Counted from the first letter of the stretch, positions 34,229 to 44,642 are shown. The stretch is 64,000 bases of DNA from an uncultured Bacilli bacterium (GCA_934120265.1 CAKOTU010000004.1:285-64284); one strand, 5' to 3'. Numbers and translations: made by a program. Notes: generated by a model from the sequence alone, not told the origin.

Positions 34229-35164
34229 ATGAAAAAAAGAGGATTTACTTTAATAGAGTTACTAGCGGTAATAGTAGTATTAGCAATAATCGCACTTATT
34301 GCAACACCAATAGTAATGAACACAATAAAGAATGCTAAGAAAGGAGCTGCAGAAAGAAGCGCAGATAGCTATCTTAAACAATTAGAATTAACAATAGCTG
34401 AAACTAGGTTAGAAAATAAACCAGTATCTGATGGTACATATTCTATAAATGCAGAAGGAAATCTAGAAGGAAATGGTTTAATAACACCATTAGTAGTAGA
34501 AATGAATGGAAATAAACCAACTGGAGGAACAGTAGTAATAACAAATGGCGAGGTATCACCATCAGAAACAAATATGATAATAGGAGAATATAATTTACGT
34601 TATAATGAAACATCAAAGAGCTATACTGCCGAAGTAGCAGTTAAATTATGTAAAAAAGCATCAAGTGTAAATTTAAGCGATTTAAAATTAGGTGATGAAT
34701 TTACATGTGATTTAGGTGATGAAGAATCAACTAAAAACTTAGTATTCTATGTGTTAGAAAAAAATGGTTCACAAGTATCTTTGATTATGAATAAAGTATT
34801 CACAACTCCAGCAGGAGATAAAGTTCCATATTCAATGAAAGCTAATGTATTTAAACTTTTCAAATATACTAAACTAGATGAATCACAAATTACTTTACCA
34901 AGTGGAGAGCAAATTGCCGCAGCAAGTAATAATACAACTTGGACACCAAGTGGTTCTAATACAGCTTTAGTTACAAATCAAATGCCAAATTGGTTAAAAA
35001 CAAATCTAGAGGTTACTGGTACATACTGTTATTGGACATCTACTGAGTTTGATTCTAGTAAACAATGGGGTGCTGGATTAAAAGGTTTATATGCTGAAAC
35101 AGCAACATCTGCAACTTGTGGATTCCGTCCAGTTATAACAGTCTCAACATCTGATTTAGGTTAA
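34229..35164 (+). CDS. Modular prepilin-type protein with one type-A DUF1566-like module
   Basis: MKKRGFTLIELLAVIVVLAIIALIATPIVM. The pilin head contains VVEMNGNKPTGGTVVITNGEV. Module: GDEFTCDLGD...SLIMN...ITLPSGEQIAAA...CYWTST...CGFRPVITVS. Confidence 0.85.
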   Translation: MKKRGFTLIELLAVIVVLAIIALIATPIVMNTIKNAKKGAAERSADSYLKQLELTIAETRLENKPVSDGTYSINAEGNLEGNGLITPLVVEMNGNKPTGGTVVITNGEVSPSETNMIIGEYNLRYNETSKSYTAEVAVKLCKKASSVNLSDLKLGDEFTCDLGDEESTKNLVFYVLEKNGSQVSLIMNKVFTTPAGDKVPYSMKANVFKLFKYTKLDESQITLPSGEQIAAASNNTTWTPSGSNTALVTNQMPNWLKTNLEVTGTYCYWTSTEFDSSKQWGAGLKGLYAETATSATCGFRPVITVSTSDLG

Positions 35165-35173
35165 TACAAAATT

Positions 35174-35197
35174 GAATGTCTATGACATTCTTTTTTT
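35174..35197 (+). terminator. Intrinsic terminator
   Basis: gaatgtc-tat-gacattc followed by ttttttt. Confidence 0.7.
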
Positions 35198-35247
35198 CTT
35201 ACTTGCAAAAAAGAGATAAAACATATATAATTAAACAAGGTGATATG

Positions 35248-36381
35248 ATGAAGCAAGATGTTATTTATAATAAATTATTAAGAGAAGATAATTTATCTAT
35301 CTATGCATGTAAAGACAAAGATGCTATAAGATTTGATGATTTTATTCCTGATAATAGACCTAATTATTTTAGAGATATCGATAGAATAATTCATTCTATG
35401 TCATATGCAAGATATATGGATAAGACACAAGTTTTTACTAAACAAAAAAATAATCATATTACAAAGAGAATGCTTCATGTTCAATTTGTTAGCAAGATTG
35501 CCCGTCATATAGGTCGTGCTTTATCACTTAATGAAGATTTGATAGAGGCTATTGCTTTAGGCCATGATGTTGGACATGTTCCATATGGACACGTTGGAGA
35601 AAAAATATTAGATAAAATTAGCCATGAGTATAATGAGGGTAATTTTATGCATAATGTTCAAAGTGTAAGAACACTTATGAATATCGAAAGAGAAGGCGAA
35701 GGGTTAAATTTATGTGTCCAAGTTTTAGATGGGATACTTTGCCATAATGGGGAAGAATTTTTACCAAAATATGAATATAAAGATAAGACTCCTGAAGAAT
35801 TTTTAGATGATTATAAAAAGTGTTATAATGATAAAAAGTTTGGTAATACATTGCTTCCAATGACATTAGAAGGTTGTGTTGTAAGGGTTAGTGATGGTAT
35901 AGCTTATATAGGTCGTGACTTTGAAGATGCAATGCGCTTAGGTATTATAAATAGAACGGATTTTCCTAAAGATGTTTCAGAAATTATAGGTAATAATAAT
36001 GATTCTATAATAAATATTATTATAAGAGATATAATTTCTAATAGTATTGATAAAAATTATATAGCAATGTCAAAAGAAATATATGAAGCTATGAACAAGT
36101 TAAAGAGTTTTAATTATGAAGCCGTTTATAGTAAAGCCAATACTGAAATCGATATAAAATATATAGAAGAAAAGTTTAGAGTAGTATTTGATGCGATGCT
36201 TAAAGAAGTAAAAGAAAAATCTAAAAATAGTGATATATATAAAATTTTCTTGAAAGACAAAAATGAAAAATATCTAAATGAAACAAGTGATGTTAGAATT
36301 GTTATAGATTATATAGCTGGTATGACTGATGAATTTTTTGAATATCAGTATGATAAAATAAGTAGGAGGAAATCATGGTAG
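35248..36381 (+). CDS. dGTPase-family dNTP triphosphohydrolase-like HD protein
   Basis: HVQFVSKIARHIG...ALGHDVGHVPYGHVGE. The start is at 35245 or 35248, after aaggtgat; the track extension from 35176 crosses the terminator. Confidence 0.75.
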   Translation: MKQDVIYNKLLREDNLSIYACKDKDAIRFDDFIPDNRPNYFRDIDRIIHSMSYARYMDKTQVFTKQKNNHITKRMLHVQFVSKIARHIGRALSLNEDLIEAIALGHDVGHVPYGHVGEKILDKISHEYNEGNFMHNVQSVRTLMNIEREGEGLNLCVQVLDGILCHNGEEFLPKYEYKDKTPEEFLDDYKKCYNDKKFGNTLLPMTLEGCVVRVSDGIAYIGRDFEDAMRLGIINRTDFPKDVSEIIGNNNDSIINIIIRDIISNSIDKNYIAMSKEIYEAMNKLKSFNYEAVYSKANTEIDIKYIEEKFRVVFDAMLKEVKEKSKNSDIYKIFLKDKNEKYLNETSDVRIVIDYIAGMTDEFFEYQYDKISRRKSW

Positions 36382-36890
36382 AAGGCATAGTAAATTTTTT
36401 TGTAACAACGTTTGGGGGATTAACTAGTTTAAAGCTTGGACGTGAAATATTAGTATTTATTATTTCAATGATGCCAATATTAGAATTACGTGGGGGATTA
36501 ATAGCTGCTTCACTTTTAGGACTATCTGGTGTTAAAAGTTTTATAATTTGTTTAATAGGTAATATTATACCTATACCTCTAATTCTTTGGTTTATTACAC
36601 CACTTTTTGATAAACTAAAGAAGACAAAGAAACTAAGCAAGTTAGTAAATAAATTAGAAACAAAGGCAATGAATAAAAAGGATCAAATAGAAAAATTAAA
36701 GTATTGGGGTCTTCTTTTATTTGTTGGAATTCCACTTCCAGGAACGGGAGCATGGACTGGTTGTTTAATAGCTGCCTTGCTTGGTATGGATAAGAAAAAA
36801 TCAATGCTTGCGGCCATTGGTGGTGTTGTGATGGCAGGTATTATAATGATGATTGTATCATTTGGTTTACTTAAAGGAATTATTGGTTAA
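36375..36890 (+). CDS. Small multidrug-export-like membrane protein (COG2426-type)
   Basis: MPILELRGGLIAA plus GIPLPGTGAWTG, with 4-5 TM helices. Confidence 0.55.
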   Translation: MVEGIVNFFVTTFGGLTSLKLGREILVFIISMMPILELRGGLIAASLLGLSGVKSFIICLIGNIIPIPLILWFITPLFDKLKKTKKLSKLVNKLETKAMNKKDQIEKLKYWGLLLFVGIPLPGTGAWTGCLIAALLGMDKKKSMLAAIGGVVMAGIIMMIVSFGLLKGIIG

Positions 36891-36965
36891 TAATTCCTTT
36901 TTCTTTATTGATAAAAAAATTAATCCATGGTACAATAAAAATGTATTCATAGAGTGGGTGATAAG

Positions 36966-37208
36966 ATGGATGAAACAAAGATTTATGACAGTGAAGAATT
37001 TACAGATGCTAATATAATACTTACTTTAAAAGAAGTAATAGAAGTATTAGAAGAAAGAGGATATAATCCAATTAATCAAATAGTTGGGTATTTGATGAGT
37101 GGTGATCCTGGGTATATATCTAGTCATAAAGAAGCACGTAATAAAATAACTAAATTTGATCGTAATAAAATACTTGAAGTATTGGTAAAATATTTTATAA
37201 ATCAATAA
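36966..37208 (+). CDS. UPF0297/IreB-family protein (YrzL)
   Basis: VLEERGYNPINQIVGYLMSGDPGYISSHKEARN, located upstream of ruvX as in B. subtilis. Confidence 0.8.
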   Translation: MDETKIYDSEEFTDANIILTLKEVIEVLEERGYNPINQIVGYLMSGDPGYISSHKEARNKITKFDRNKILEVLVKYFINQ

Positions 37209-37630
37209 TGAGATATTTAGGTTTAGATTTAGGTACTAAAACAATAGGTGTTGCTTTAAGTGATGTAACACATACTATTTCATCTCCTTTAAAAATTATT
37301 AGATTTGAAGAAGGAGAGTTTAATAGTGCATTACCCGAAATAAAGAATTTAGTTGAAGAATTTAATGTGGAAAAAATTATCTTAGGTTTTCCTAAAAATA
37401 TGAATAACACAGTTGGTGAAAGTGGAGAAAGAGCTTTATCATTTAAAAAGTTTTTAGAAGATAATTTAAATGTTGAAGTTATAATGCAAGATGAGAGACT
37501 TTCAACTGTTGAAGCTAATAATTATATGTTAAAAGCTGATATGTCAAGAAAAAAAAGAAAAGATAAAATAGATGGCTTAGCGGCTAATATTATTTTACAA
37601 ACATATTTAGATAAAGAGAAAGGAAGATAA
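37208..37630 (+). CDS. ruvX: Putative pre-16S rRNA nuclease / Holliday junction resolvase-like RuvX (YqgF)
   Basis: MRYLGLDLGTKTIGVALSD...DERLST..A. Confidence 0.9.
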   Translation: MRYLGLDLGTKTIGVALSDVTHTISSPLKIIRFEEGEFNSALPEIKNLVEEFNVEKIILGFPKNMNNTVGESGERALSFKKFLEDNLNVEVIMQDERLSTVEANNYMLKADMSRKKRKDKIDGLAANIILQTYLDKEKGR

Positions 37631-37631
37631 T

Positions 37632-37928
37632 ATGGAAAATAATAAAATGACTTTTAAAATATTAGGAGACGATGGAAAAGAAATAGAATGTGAAGTTTTA
37701 TTTACTTTTGAATCAGATGAAACAAAGAAAAATTATATTGTATATACAGATAATACTCTAGATGAACAAGGAAATACTAAAGTGTATGCTTCAATATATA
37801 ATCCAGATGAAGAAAATACTAATTTAATTCCTATTGAAACTGATAAAGAGTGGAAAATTATTGAAACTATTTTAGATGAATTACAACAACAAGCTAGAGA
37901 AAGTATAAATGGAAACGAGCAACAATAG
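37632..37928 (+). CDS. DUF1292 protein (YrzB)
   Basis: DDGKEIECEVLFTFESDETKKNYIVYTD, plus synteny. Confidence 0.75.
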   Translation: MENNKMTFKILGDDGKEIECEVLFTFESDETKKNYIVYTDNTLDEQGNTKVYASIYNPDEENTNLIPIETDKEWKIIETILDELQQQARESINGNEQQ

Positions 37929-37940
37929 CTCGTTTTGTAT

Positions 37941-39023
37941 ATGCGTAGATTAAAACCAAGAGTTAGAATAGCGTTAATCATAATTTCAGCTATTTTGTTG
38001 TTTGTAATTTTATGTAGTGTTATTTATAAAATAGGAATAGGAAAAGTTAGTAAAGATGAAACTTTAAAAGAAATAGAAGTAACATCAGGAAATACATATA
38101 TGTCTGTTTCTAAAATTTTGAAGGAAAATAATTTAATAAAATCAGAATTTTTCTTTAAAGTTTATGTCAAGTTACATAAGCCGAGTTCACTTCAAGCAGG
38201 GAAATACGAATTAAAGGAAAGTATGAATGTCAAAGAAATAATTAAGGTTTTATCAAACGGTAGTACATACAATCCTAATGTAGTTTCTCTTACTTTTAAA
38301 GAAGGTATTAATATGCGTAATGTTGCTAAAATAATTGCAGAGAATACTGAAAATACAGAGGAAGATGTTTTTGTAACTCTTTCGGATACTAATTATTTAG
38401 ATGAATTAATAAAAAAATATTGGTTTGTTACGGAAGAAGTAAAAAATAAAAACATATATTATTCACTGGAAGGTTATTTATTTCCTAACACATATAGCGT
38501 AAATAAAACAGATAGTGTAAAAAAAATATTTGAAATGATGCTTGATAATATGTCATTAAAGTTATCACCATATAAGGAACAAATTCAAAGTAGTACACAT
38601 AATGTTCATGAAATATTAACACTTGCTTCTATTATTGAATTAGAGGCTGGAAATAGTAATGATCGTAGTGGTGTAGCTGGAGTTTTTTATAACAGATTAA
38701 AGTCAGGATGGTCATTAGGAAGTGATGTTACTACTTACTATGGTGCCAAAATAGAAATGCATGAAAGAGATTTATATCAAAGAGAAATAGACGAATATAA
38801 TGCTTATAATACAAGAAGTAGTCAGATGGCTGGGCGTTTACCGGTGGGACCTATTTGTCTTCCTAGTTTAGATTCTATTTCTGCAGCTGTTAATCCAACT
38901 ATTTCTGAATATTATTATTTTGTAGCTGATAAAAATAAAAAAACATACTTTTCTAAAACATACGAAGAACATGCACAAACTGTTGCTTCATTAAAGAGTC
39001 AAGGCTTATGGTACGAATATTAG
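37941..39023 (+). CDS. mltG: Endolytic murein transglycosylase MltG (YceG-like)
   Basis: N-terminal TM helix, LASIIELEA, YNTRSSQMAGRLPVGPICLPS. Confidence 0.85.
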   Translation: MRRLKPRVRIALIIISAILLFVILCSVIYKIGIGKVSKDETLKEIEVTSGNTYMSVSKILKENNLIKSEFFFKVYVKLHKPSSLQAGKYELKESMNVKEIIKVLSNGSTYNPNVVSLTFKEGINMRNVAKIIAENTENTEEDVFVTLSDTNYLDELIKKYWFVTEEVKNKNIYYSLEGYLFPNTYSVNKTDSVKKIFEMMLDNMSLKLSPYKEQIQSSTHNVHEILTLASIIELEAGNSNDRSGVAGVFYNRLKSGWSLGSDVTTYYGAKIEMHERDLYQREIDEYNAYNTRSSQMAGRLPVGPICLPSLDSISAAVNPTISEYYYFVADKNKKTYFSKTYEEHAQTVASLKSQGLWYEY

Positions 39024-39601
39024 ATTTAGAAGAGTATGCACATAAAAATAATATTCCAATTATGATGAAAGATGGAATTGAATTTTTATTGGATTATATT
39101 AAAAATAATAATATCAAAAACATTTTAGAAATAGGTTCAGCAATTGGTTATTCAGCGATAAGAATGGCTTTAGTAGATGATAGTGTTAGAGTTACAACCA
39201 TTGAAAGAGATGAAGAGAGATATAAAGAAGCTTTAAAAAATATAAAAGATTTTAATTTGAATAGTAGAATAAATGTTATTTTGAGTGATGCCTTTGATGT
39301 AGAACTTAACGATAAATATGATTTAATATTTATTGATGCAGCTAAGAGTCAATACATTAAATTTTTTGAAAAGTTTAAAGAAAATTTAAACGATAATGGA
39401 GTAATTGTCTCTGATAATTTAAATTTTCATGGACTTGTTCATGCAGATGAAAAAGATCTTAGTAGAAATGTCAGAGGTCTTGTAAGAAAATTAAATAATT
39501 ATGTTGACTATTTAAAAAATAATAAAGAATTTGAAACATTATTTTATGATATTGGTGATGGAGTCAGTATCAGTAAAAAGGTAGGTGTTAAAGATGAATA
39601 A
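39008..39601 (+). CDS. Class I SAM-dependent O-methyltransferase (YrrM/TrmR-like)
   Basis: ILEIGSAIGYSAIRMA and IFIDAAKSQY, plus synteny. Confidence 0.8.
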   Translation: MVRILDLEEYAHKNNIPIMMKDGIEFLLDYIKNNNIKNILEIGSAIGYSAIRMALVDDSVRVTTIERDEERYKEALKNIKDFNLNSRINVILSDAFDVELNDKYDLIFIDAAKSQYIKFFEKFKENLNDNGVIVSDNLNFHGLVHADEKDLSRNVRGLVRKLNNYVDYLKNNKEFETLFYDIGDGVSISKKVGVKDE

Positions 39602-40754
39602 AAAAGGATTTACTCTAGTTGAACTTATTGGAGTGGTAGTTATATTAGGACTTATTGCTTTAATAGCGTTTCCAGCTTTATTAAATCAAATTAATACATC
39701 AAAAAATGAAGTAAGTGAGTCAGTAAGGGAATTAGTTATTAGTTCTTCAAAGTCGTATGTTGAGGATGATACTCAACTTGCACCTAAAAAATATTGTATA
39801 ACATTGGAAGAACTTATTGATGGTGGTTATTTAACTGAAGGAATTGTTAGTTCAGAACGTGATAAATTACAAAATAAAAGAGTGATGGTTACTTATTATA
39901 ATAACAAATATAATTATGAATTAGTTGATAGTAAAGATTGTTATATTTGTAAAGGTGTAAAAGCAGTAACAGTAGATGATGCAACCGTTCCTACAGGTCA
40001 GTATAATACTGGAGATGAATATACGTGTGAAGTAAAAAAAGGAACAGAGTATAACTTCTTTGTTATTAGTAGTGATGAAAATAATGTTAATTTATTAATG
40101 GATAGTAACGTTAATTATTATGGTGAATCTGTAAAACTTGTTGATGGAAAAATACCAGATGATATGGAAGGTGATTCAAAGAAAAAGGGTTTAGTTGCTT
40201 TTATATCAGAAGCAGATTATCTAGCTGCAGGTGGATTAAAAGACGATTTTTTTCTTGAGGGTTATGGAACAGGTAATTTAGAAAAGGGTCCGATAACTGT
40301 ATTAAATTATTTAAATTTTGCGACCTCTTTTTGGACCAATATAGAAAATTTAAATGAGGTATATGATTATAGTGTTGATAAAAATGGATATACAATTCGT
40401 AATGAGTTGCAATCTTTAGAAGTTAGACTTAACGGGAAATCTAGACTTATGACTGGAACAGAGTTATTTTCTACAGGGTTTCCATTTGTAACAAAAAAGT
40501 GGATGACAGTGAATTTAAATCCTATAAGCGAAAAAGAGGGAATATATGGTTATTGGAATTTAGCTCCTTATGGCAAGTATGATGTATGGAATGTCAATAG
40601 TGATGGTGGAGATGCAGATGGAACTATAACTATTTATGATGAAAAACAAGGTTCTGTATCAGTTGAAGCTGATGATTTATCTTTTGATAATTATTGTGGA
40701 GTTAGACCTGTAATCACTGTTTCTAAAAGTATGATATACAATGATAACAATTAA
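39594..40754 (+). CDS. Modular prepilin-type protein (second N-terminal subtype) with one type-A DUF1566-like module, embedded in the yrrM-yrrN junction
   Basis: MNKKGFTLVELIGVVVILGLIALIAFPAL. The ATG overlaps the yrrM stop (ATGAATAA) and follows aggtaggtg. Module: GDEYTCEV...NLLMDSN...GYWNL...CGVRPVITVS. Confidence 0.85.
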   Translation: MNKKGFTLVELIGVVVILGLIALIAFPALLNQINTSKNEVSESVRELVISSSKSYVEDDTQLAPKKYCITLEELIDGGYLTEGIVSSERDKLQNKRVMVTYYNNKYNYELVDSKDCYICKGVKAVTVDDATVPTGQYNTGDEYTCEVKKGTEYNFFVISSDENNVNLLMDSNVNYYGESVKLVDGKIPDDMEGDSKKKGLVAFISEADYLAAGGLKDDFFLEGYGTGNLEKGPITVLNYLNFATSFWTNIENLNEVYDYSVDKNGYTIRNELQSLEVRLNGKSRLMTGTELFSTGFPFVTKKWMTVNLNPISEKEGIYGYWNLAPYGKYDVWNVNSDGGDADGTITIYDEKQGSVSVEADDLSFDNYCGVRPVITVSKSMIYNDNN

Positions 40755-40774
40755 TAAGTAAATCTTATATGTAA

Positions 40775-40799
40775 AAAGTAGAAATATCTACTTTTTTTT
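40775..40799 (+). terminator. Intrinsic terminator
   Basis: aaagtaga-aata-tctacttt followed by ttttt. Confidence 0.7.
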
Positions 40800-40824
40800 G
40801 TTATAATGTCTTCGAGGTGATACC

Positions 40825-41676
40825 ATGTCTAAAAAATTAATTATTCCATCTAATATGAAGATGATTAAACGTTTTAAAAACAAAGTAGATGGTTATATTT
40901 TATCAGTAGATGGTCTAAGTGTAAATGCTCCATACTATTTTAAGTTTGACGAAGTGTTGGATATTGTAAGGAAGAATCATGATAAAGAAATTTTTATAAG
41001 TTTAAATAAGAATATGCACGACAGTGATTTAGAATGTTTAAAAGAAGCTTTATTAAAGCTAGATAAAACTAATGTAAAAGGTATAATTTATTATGATATT
41101 AGTATAGTAAATTTAAAAGAAGAGTTAGGTTTAAATTTGGAATTGGTTTGGAATCAAGAACATATGACTAATAATTATTTTACAATTAATTATTGGAAAG
41201 AACACGGGGTGAATTATACTTGGTTATCAAATGACATAACATTAAAAGAGATAAAAGAAATAGAAGAAAATGTCAATAGTAAACTTATGATAGAGTTGTT
41301 TGGGTATGTCTCAATGTTTACATCTTATCGTCATTTAGTTAACAATTATTTAAAAACATTTAACTTAGCAGAAAAAAAAGAATATTATATTGAAAAAGAA
41401 GGCAAATCATATTCAATTGTTGATGATAAAAATGGAACTACTGTTTATTCTAGCAATATTTTAAATGGTCTTTATGAAAGTGTAGAGCTAAACAATTTAG
41501 ATTATATTATTTTAAATAGTTACAATATAGATGAGGATTGTTTTGAAATAGTAGTAGAGTTATTTAATAATGTAAATGATAAAAATAAGGTAGAATATAA
41601 GAAAATAATTGATAATATGTTTAAAACTACAGATTCGGGATTTTTATATAAAGAAACGGTTTATAGGGTGAAGTAA
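40825..41676 (+). CDS. Peptidase U32 family protein (YrrN-like)
   Basis: Paired with the following canonical U32 gene, as with yrrN-yrrO in B. subtilis. An extended -10 (tgttataat) lies upstream. Confidence 0.65.
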   Translation: MSKKLIIPSNMKMIKRFKNKVDGYILSVDGLSVNAPYYFKFDEVLDIVRKNHDKEIFISLNKNMHDSDLECLKEALLKLDKTNVKGIIYYDISIVNLKEELGLNLELVWNQEHMTNNYFTINYWKEHGVNYTWLSNDITLKEIKEIEENVNSKLMIELFGYVSMFTSYRHLVNNYLKTFNLAEKKEYYIEKEGKSYSIVDDKNGTTVYSSNILNGLYESVELNNLDYIILNSYNIDEDCFEIVVELFNNVNDKNKVEYKKIIDNMFKTTDSGFLYKETVYRVK

Positions 41677-41677
41677 G

Positions 41678-42883
41678 ATGAAAGAAAAAATAAAAAAACC
41701 AGAGCTTTTAGCACCTGCTGGTGATTTAGAAAGATTAAAGATAGCAGTAATATATGGTGCAGATGCGGTATATTTAGGTGGTATTGATTTTGGACTTAGA
41801 GCTAATACTGGTAATTTTGATTTAGACGATTTAAAGGAAGGTTTAGAATTTGCGCATTCTCATGGAAGTAAAGTTTATGTTACTGTAAATATAGTTTTAC
41901 ATAATGAAGAAGGAAAAAATTTAATTCCATATTTAAAACAATTAGATGAGATAGGGGTAGATGCAATAATTGTTAGTGATCCGGCTATTATTAAAATGGC
42001 TAAAGAAAATACTAATTTAGAAATACATTTATCAACGCAGCAATCTACTATAAATAAAGAAGCAATAAAATTTTTTAAAAAAGAAGGAGTAACAAGGATT
42101 GTTTTAGCGCGTGAAACTTCAAAAGATGAGATAAAAAAAATAAAAGATGAGATAGATATCGAATTAGAATATTTTATCCATGGAGCCATTTGTGCATCTT
42201 ATAGCGGAAGATGTGTTTTATCAAATTATTTAACTGCTAGAGATTCTAATCGTGGTGGTTGTAGTCAAATTTGTAGATGGGATTTTGATTTAGTTGGTGA
42301 TGATGAAAAAATAGAAGGAGATAAACCATTTACATTCTGTTCTAAGGATTTATCAATGGCTGAATGTTTACCAGAACTTATTGAATTAGGTGTTGATTCA
42401 TTTAAAATAGAAGGTAGAATGCGTTCTGTTTATTATATAGCTACGGTTGTTAATGTTTATCGTAAGCTTATTGATAAATATTGTAATGATAAAGAACATT
42501 ATGAATATAATAGTGAGTATAAACGAATATTAGATAATTGTTCCAATCGAGATTCAATAGTTCAATTTTTCAATGGAAAAAATGATCATACCTTTGGTTA
42601 TTATAATGGTAGACAAGAAATATCTAATCAAGATTTTTTAGGTATTGTACTTGATTATAATATAGAAACACATGAAGTTTTACTAGAACAAAGGAACTAT
42701 TTTGAAAAAGGTGATGTTGTAGAATTTTTTGGACCAAATATAGAATCGTTTACATATCAAATAGGAGATATAGTTGATGAAAATGGTGAAAATATAGAGA
42801 TTGTAAGGCATCCTAAGCAACATGTAAAATTGATTGTAGATAAAACTTTAACTAAAGATTGTATGATGAGAATAAAAAGATAA
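41678..42883 (+). CDS. Peptidase U32 family protein (YrrO-like)
   Basis: U32 signature EYFIHGAICASYSGRCVLSNY. Confidence 0.85.
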   Translation: MKEKIKKPELLAPAGDLERLKIAVIYGADAVYLGGIDFGLRANTGNFDLDDLKEGLEFAHSHGSKVYVTVNIVLHNEEGKNLIPYLKQLDEIGVDAIIVSDPAIIKMAKENTNLEIHLSTQQSTINKEAIKFFKKEGVTRIVLARETSKDEIKKIKDEIDIELEYFIHGAICASYSGRCVLSNYLTARDSNRGGCSQICRWDFDLVGDDEKIEGDKPFTFCSKDLSMAECLPELIELGVDSFKIEGRMRSVYYIATVVNVYRKLIDKYCNDKEHYEYNSEYKRILDNCSNRDSIVQFFNGKNDHTFGYYNGRQEISNQDFLGIVLDYNIETHEVLLEQRNYFEKGDVVEFFGPNIESFTYQIGDIVDENGENIEIVRHPKQHVKLIVDKTLTKDCMMRIKR

Positions 42884-42962
42884 AAAAGAAGTTGACAAAC
42901 GTGTTAAAGTGTAGTATCATTTTGTCAGTTTGATTGATAGAAAAGACACAGAGGTGATTAAT

Positions 42963-43427
42963 ATGTCAAAAGAAGTATATTTAACTCAAGAAGGGTTAGA
43001 CGAATTAAAGAAAGAATTAGAACATTTAAAATTTGAAAAAAGACCAGAGGTAATCAATGCATTAAAAGATGCTCGTGCTTTAGGTGATTTAAGTGAGAAC
43101 GCTGAATATGATGCTGCTCGTCAAGAACAAGCTATTGTTGAAGGACGTATTGTTGAACTTGAAGCAATGATCGAAAATGCTGTTGTTATAGAAAAGAAAG
43201 CTACGGATTCTGTTAGTATAGGAACTAAAGTAAAAATAGAATATGTTGATGATAAAGAAACAGATGAGTATTCTATTGTTGGTTCTAAGGAAGCAGATCC
43301 ATTCTTAAATAAGATTTCTAACGAATCTCCAATTGCACAAGCAATCATGGGATTAAAAGTTGGAGATGTTGCTCATGTCGTTAGTCCTAATGGACAATAT
43401 GATGTTAAAATATTAGAAATAGTTTAA
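42963..43427 (+). CDS. greA: Transcription elongation factor GreA
   Basis: LT.EG...L..EL..L....RPEV...L..AR..GDLSENAEYDAA. ATG at 42963 follows agaggtga. Confidence 0.95.
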   Translation: MSKEVYLTQEGLDELKKELEHLKFEKRPEVINALKDARALGDLSENAEYDAARQEQAIVEGRIVELEAMIENAVVIEKKATDSVSIGTKVKIEYVDDKETDEYSIVGSKEADPFLNKISNESPIAQAIMGLKVGDVAHVVSPNGQYDVKILEIV

Positions 43428-43447
43428 GCACTGATTGTGCTTTTTTT
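43426..43447 (+). terminator. Intrinsic terminator after greA
   Basis: aagcac-tgatt-gtgctt followed by ttttt. Confidence 0.75.
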
Positions 43448-43482
43448 CTTTATTGTGGTATAATTTTTGTAGAGGTGATGGT

Positions 43483-44634
43483 ATGAACATTAATAATTTA
43501 GATGAATTTATTAGTGAAGAATTGTCACGACGTCTTGGAGAGGAAATTAAAGGAAATTATTTTACTGATAAAATGTTATCTTGGTTGGAAACATTAACTA
43601 TAAATTCAATGACTTCTCCTAAAACTATTTCAAGATTAACAAATTTAAAAAAATTAAACATTATAGGCCAAACCCAAAGAGAATATGGAGATAATATAGT
43701 TATAGATTATGATGAAATAAACGAATTAAAAAATCTAGAACAATTAGTTATTTTAAATAATTATCATATTAAAAGTTTAGATTTGAGTAATTTGGAAGAT
43801 TTAGAATGTCTAATATTAGTTGCTAATCAAAATTTAGAAGTAATTAAGGGTTTAGATCAACTTAAACATTTAAAGCATGTTGTTATTGTAGGAAGTAATA
43901 TTAAAAATAAAGAGTGGTTGGAAAGTTATATTTCAAATACAAAGAAGACAAAAATAAATATTTTAGATTATCGTTTATTTAATTACATTGCTAAGGATAA
44001 GAATCTTCAGAGTAAATTATTTGAAACAATTGGTAGTTGCCAAACTAACTTATTATTTGCGGAAAAAATAGGAATTGGTGAGATATTCTGTTATACATAC
44101 TCTATGATTGATGAAATATATACTCGAGCTAATCAAATAATTAAGGAAAATATTTCTGATAGTATGTCAGAAGAAGAAAAAGTAAGAGTATTATATAATT
44201 ATGTTATTAATCACTTAGATTATGACACAGAAGAACTTGAAAAAAGAGATAACTTGATTTTAAAAGATGAAAGAATTATAAAGGTTTATAAAAATAAGTA
44301 TAAGTATATAAATAGTAGCTATAGAGCTTTTACTACTGGTAAAGTAGTGTGTGAAGGGTATGTTGGTATGCTTATATATCTTCTTTCTCAAATTGGGATA
44401 GAAGCAAGAAATGTATATTGTGTAGTTAAAGCTTTTGGTAGAAGTATAGATGGATATTACAATCATTCAGCAATTAAAATTAAAATAAATGGTGAATGGT
44501 ACTATTTTGATCCACAGATAGAAGAAAAGAATCAAGATAATAAGTATTTTATGCAAACAAAAGAGGAATTTAGTGTAACTCATGATATTTTGGTTACAAC
44601 AGAACTACAAGAAAAACAGAAAATAAAAAGATAG
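43483..44634 (+). CDS. Cytoplasmic LRR plus transglutaminase-like cysteine protease-fold protein
   Basis: LRR units (LEQLVILNNYHIKSLDLSNLEDLECLILVANQNLEVIKGLDQLKHLKHVVI), then a Cys-His-Asp core (VCEGYVGML...YNHSAIKIKINGEWYYFDP). No signal peptide. ATG at 43483 follows agaggtga. Confidence 0.65.
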   Translation: MNINNLDEFISEELSRRLGEEIKGNYFTDKMLSWLETLTINSMTSPKTISRLTNLKKLNIIGQTQREYGDNIVIDYDEINELKNLEQLVILNNYHIKSLDLSNLEDLECLILVANQNLEVIKGLDQLKHLKHVVIVGSNIKNKEWLESYISNTKKTKINILDYRLFNYIAKDKNLQSKLFETIGSCQTNLLFAEKIGIGEIFCYTYSMIDEIYTRANQIIKENISDSMSEEEKVRVLYNYVINHLDYDTEELEKRDNLILKDERIIKVYKNKYKYINSSYRAFTTGKVVCEGYVGMLIYLLSQIGIEARNVYCVVKAFGRSIDGYYNHSAIKIKINGEWYYFDPQIEEKNQDNKYFMQTKEEFSVTHDILVTTELQEKQKIKR

Positions 44635-44642
44635 GTGGATTT

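Noticed and set aside
35248-36381. dGTPase-family HD protein considered as an anti-phage dNTP-depletion defence gene.
   Set aside because: It is a single gene in a housekeeping context with no defence-island neighbours. The family is also a common housekeeping enzyme, so nothing in the sequence distinguishes the two roles.
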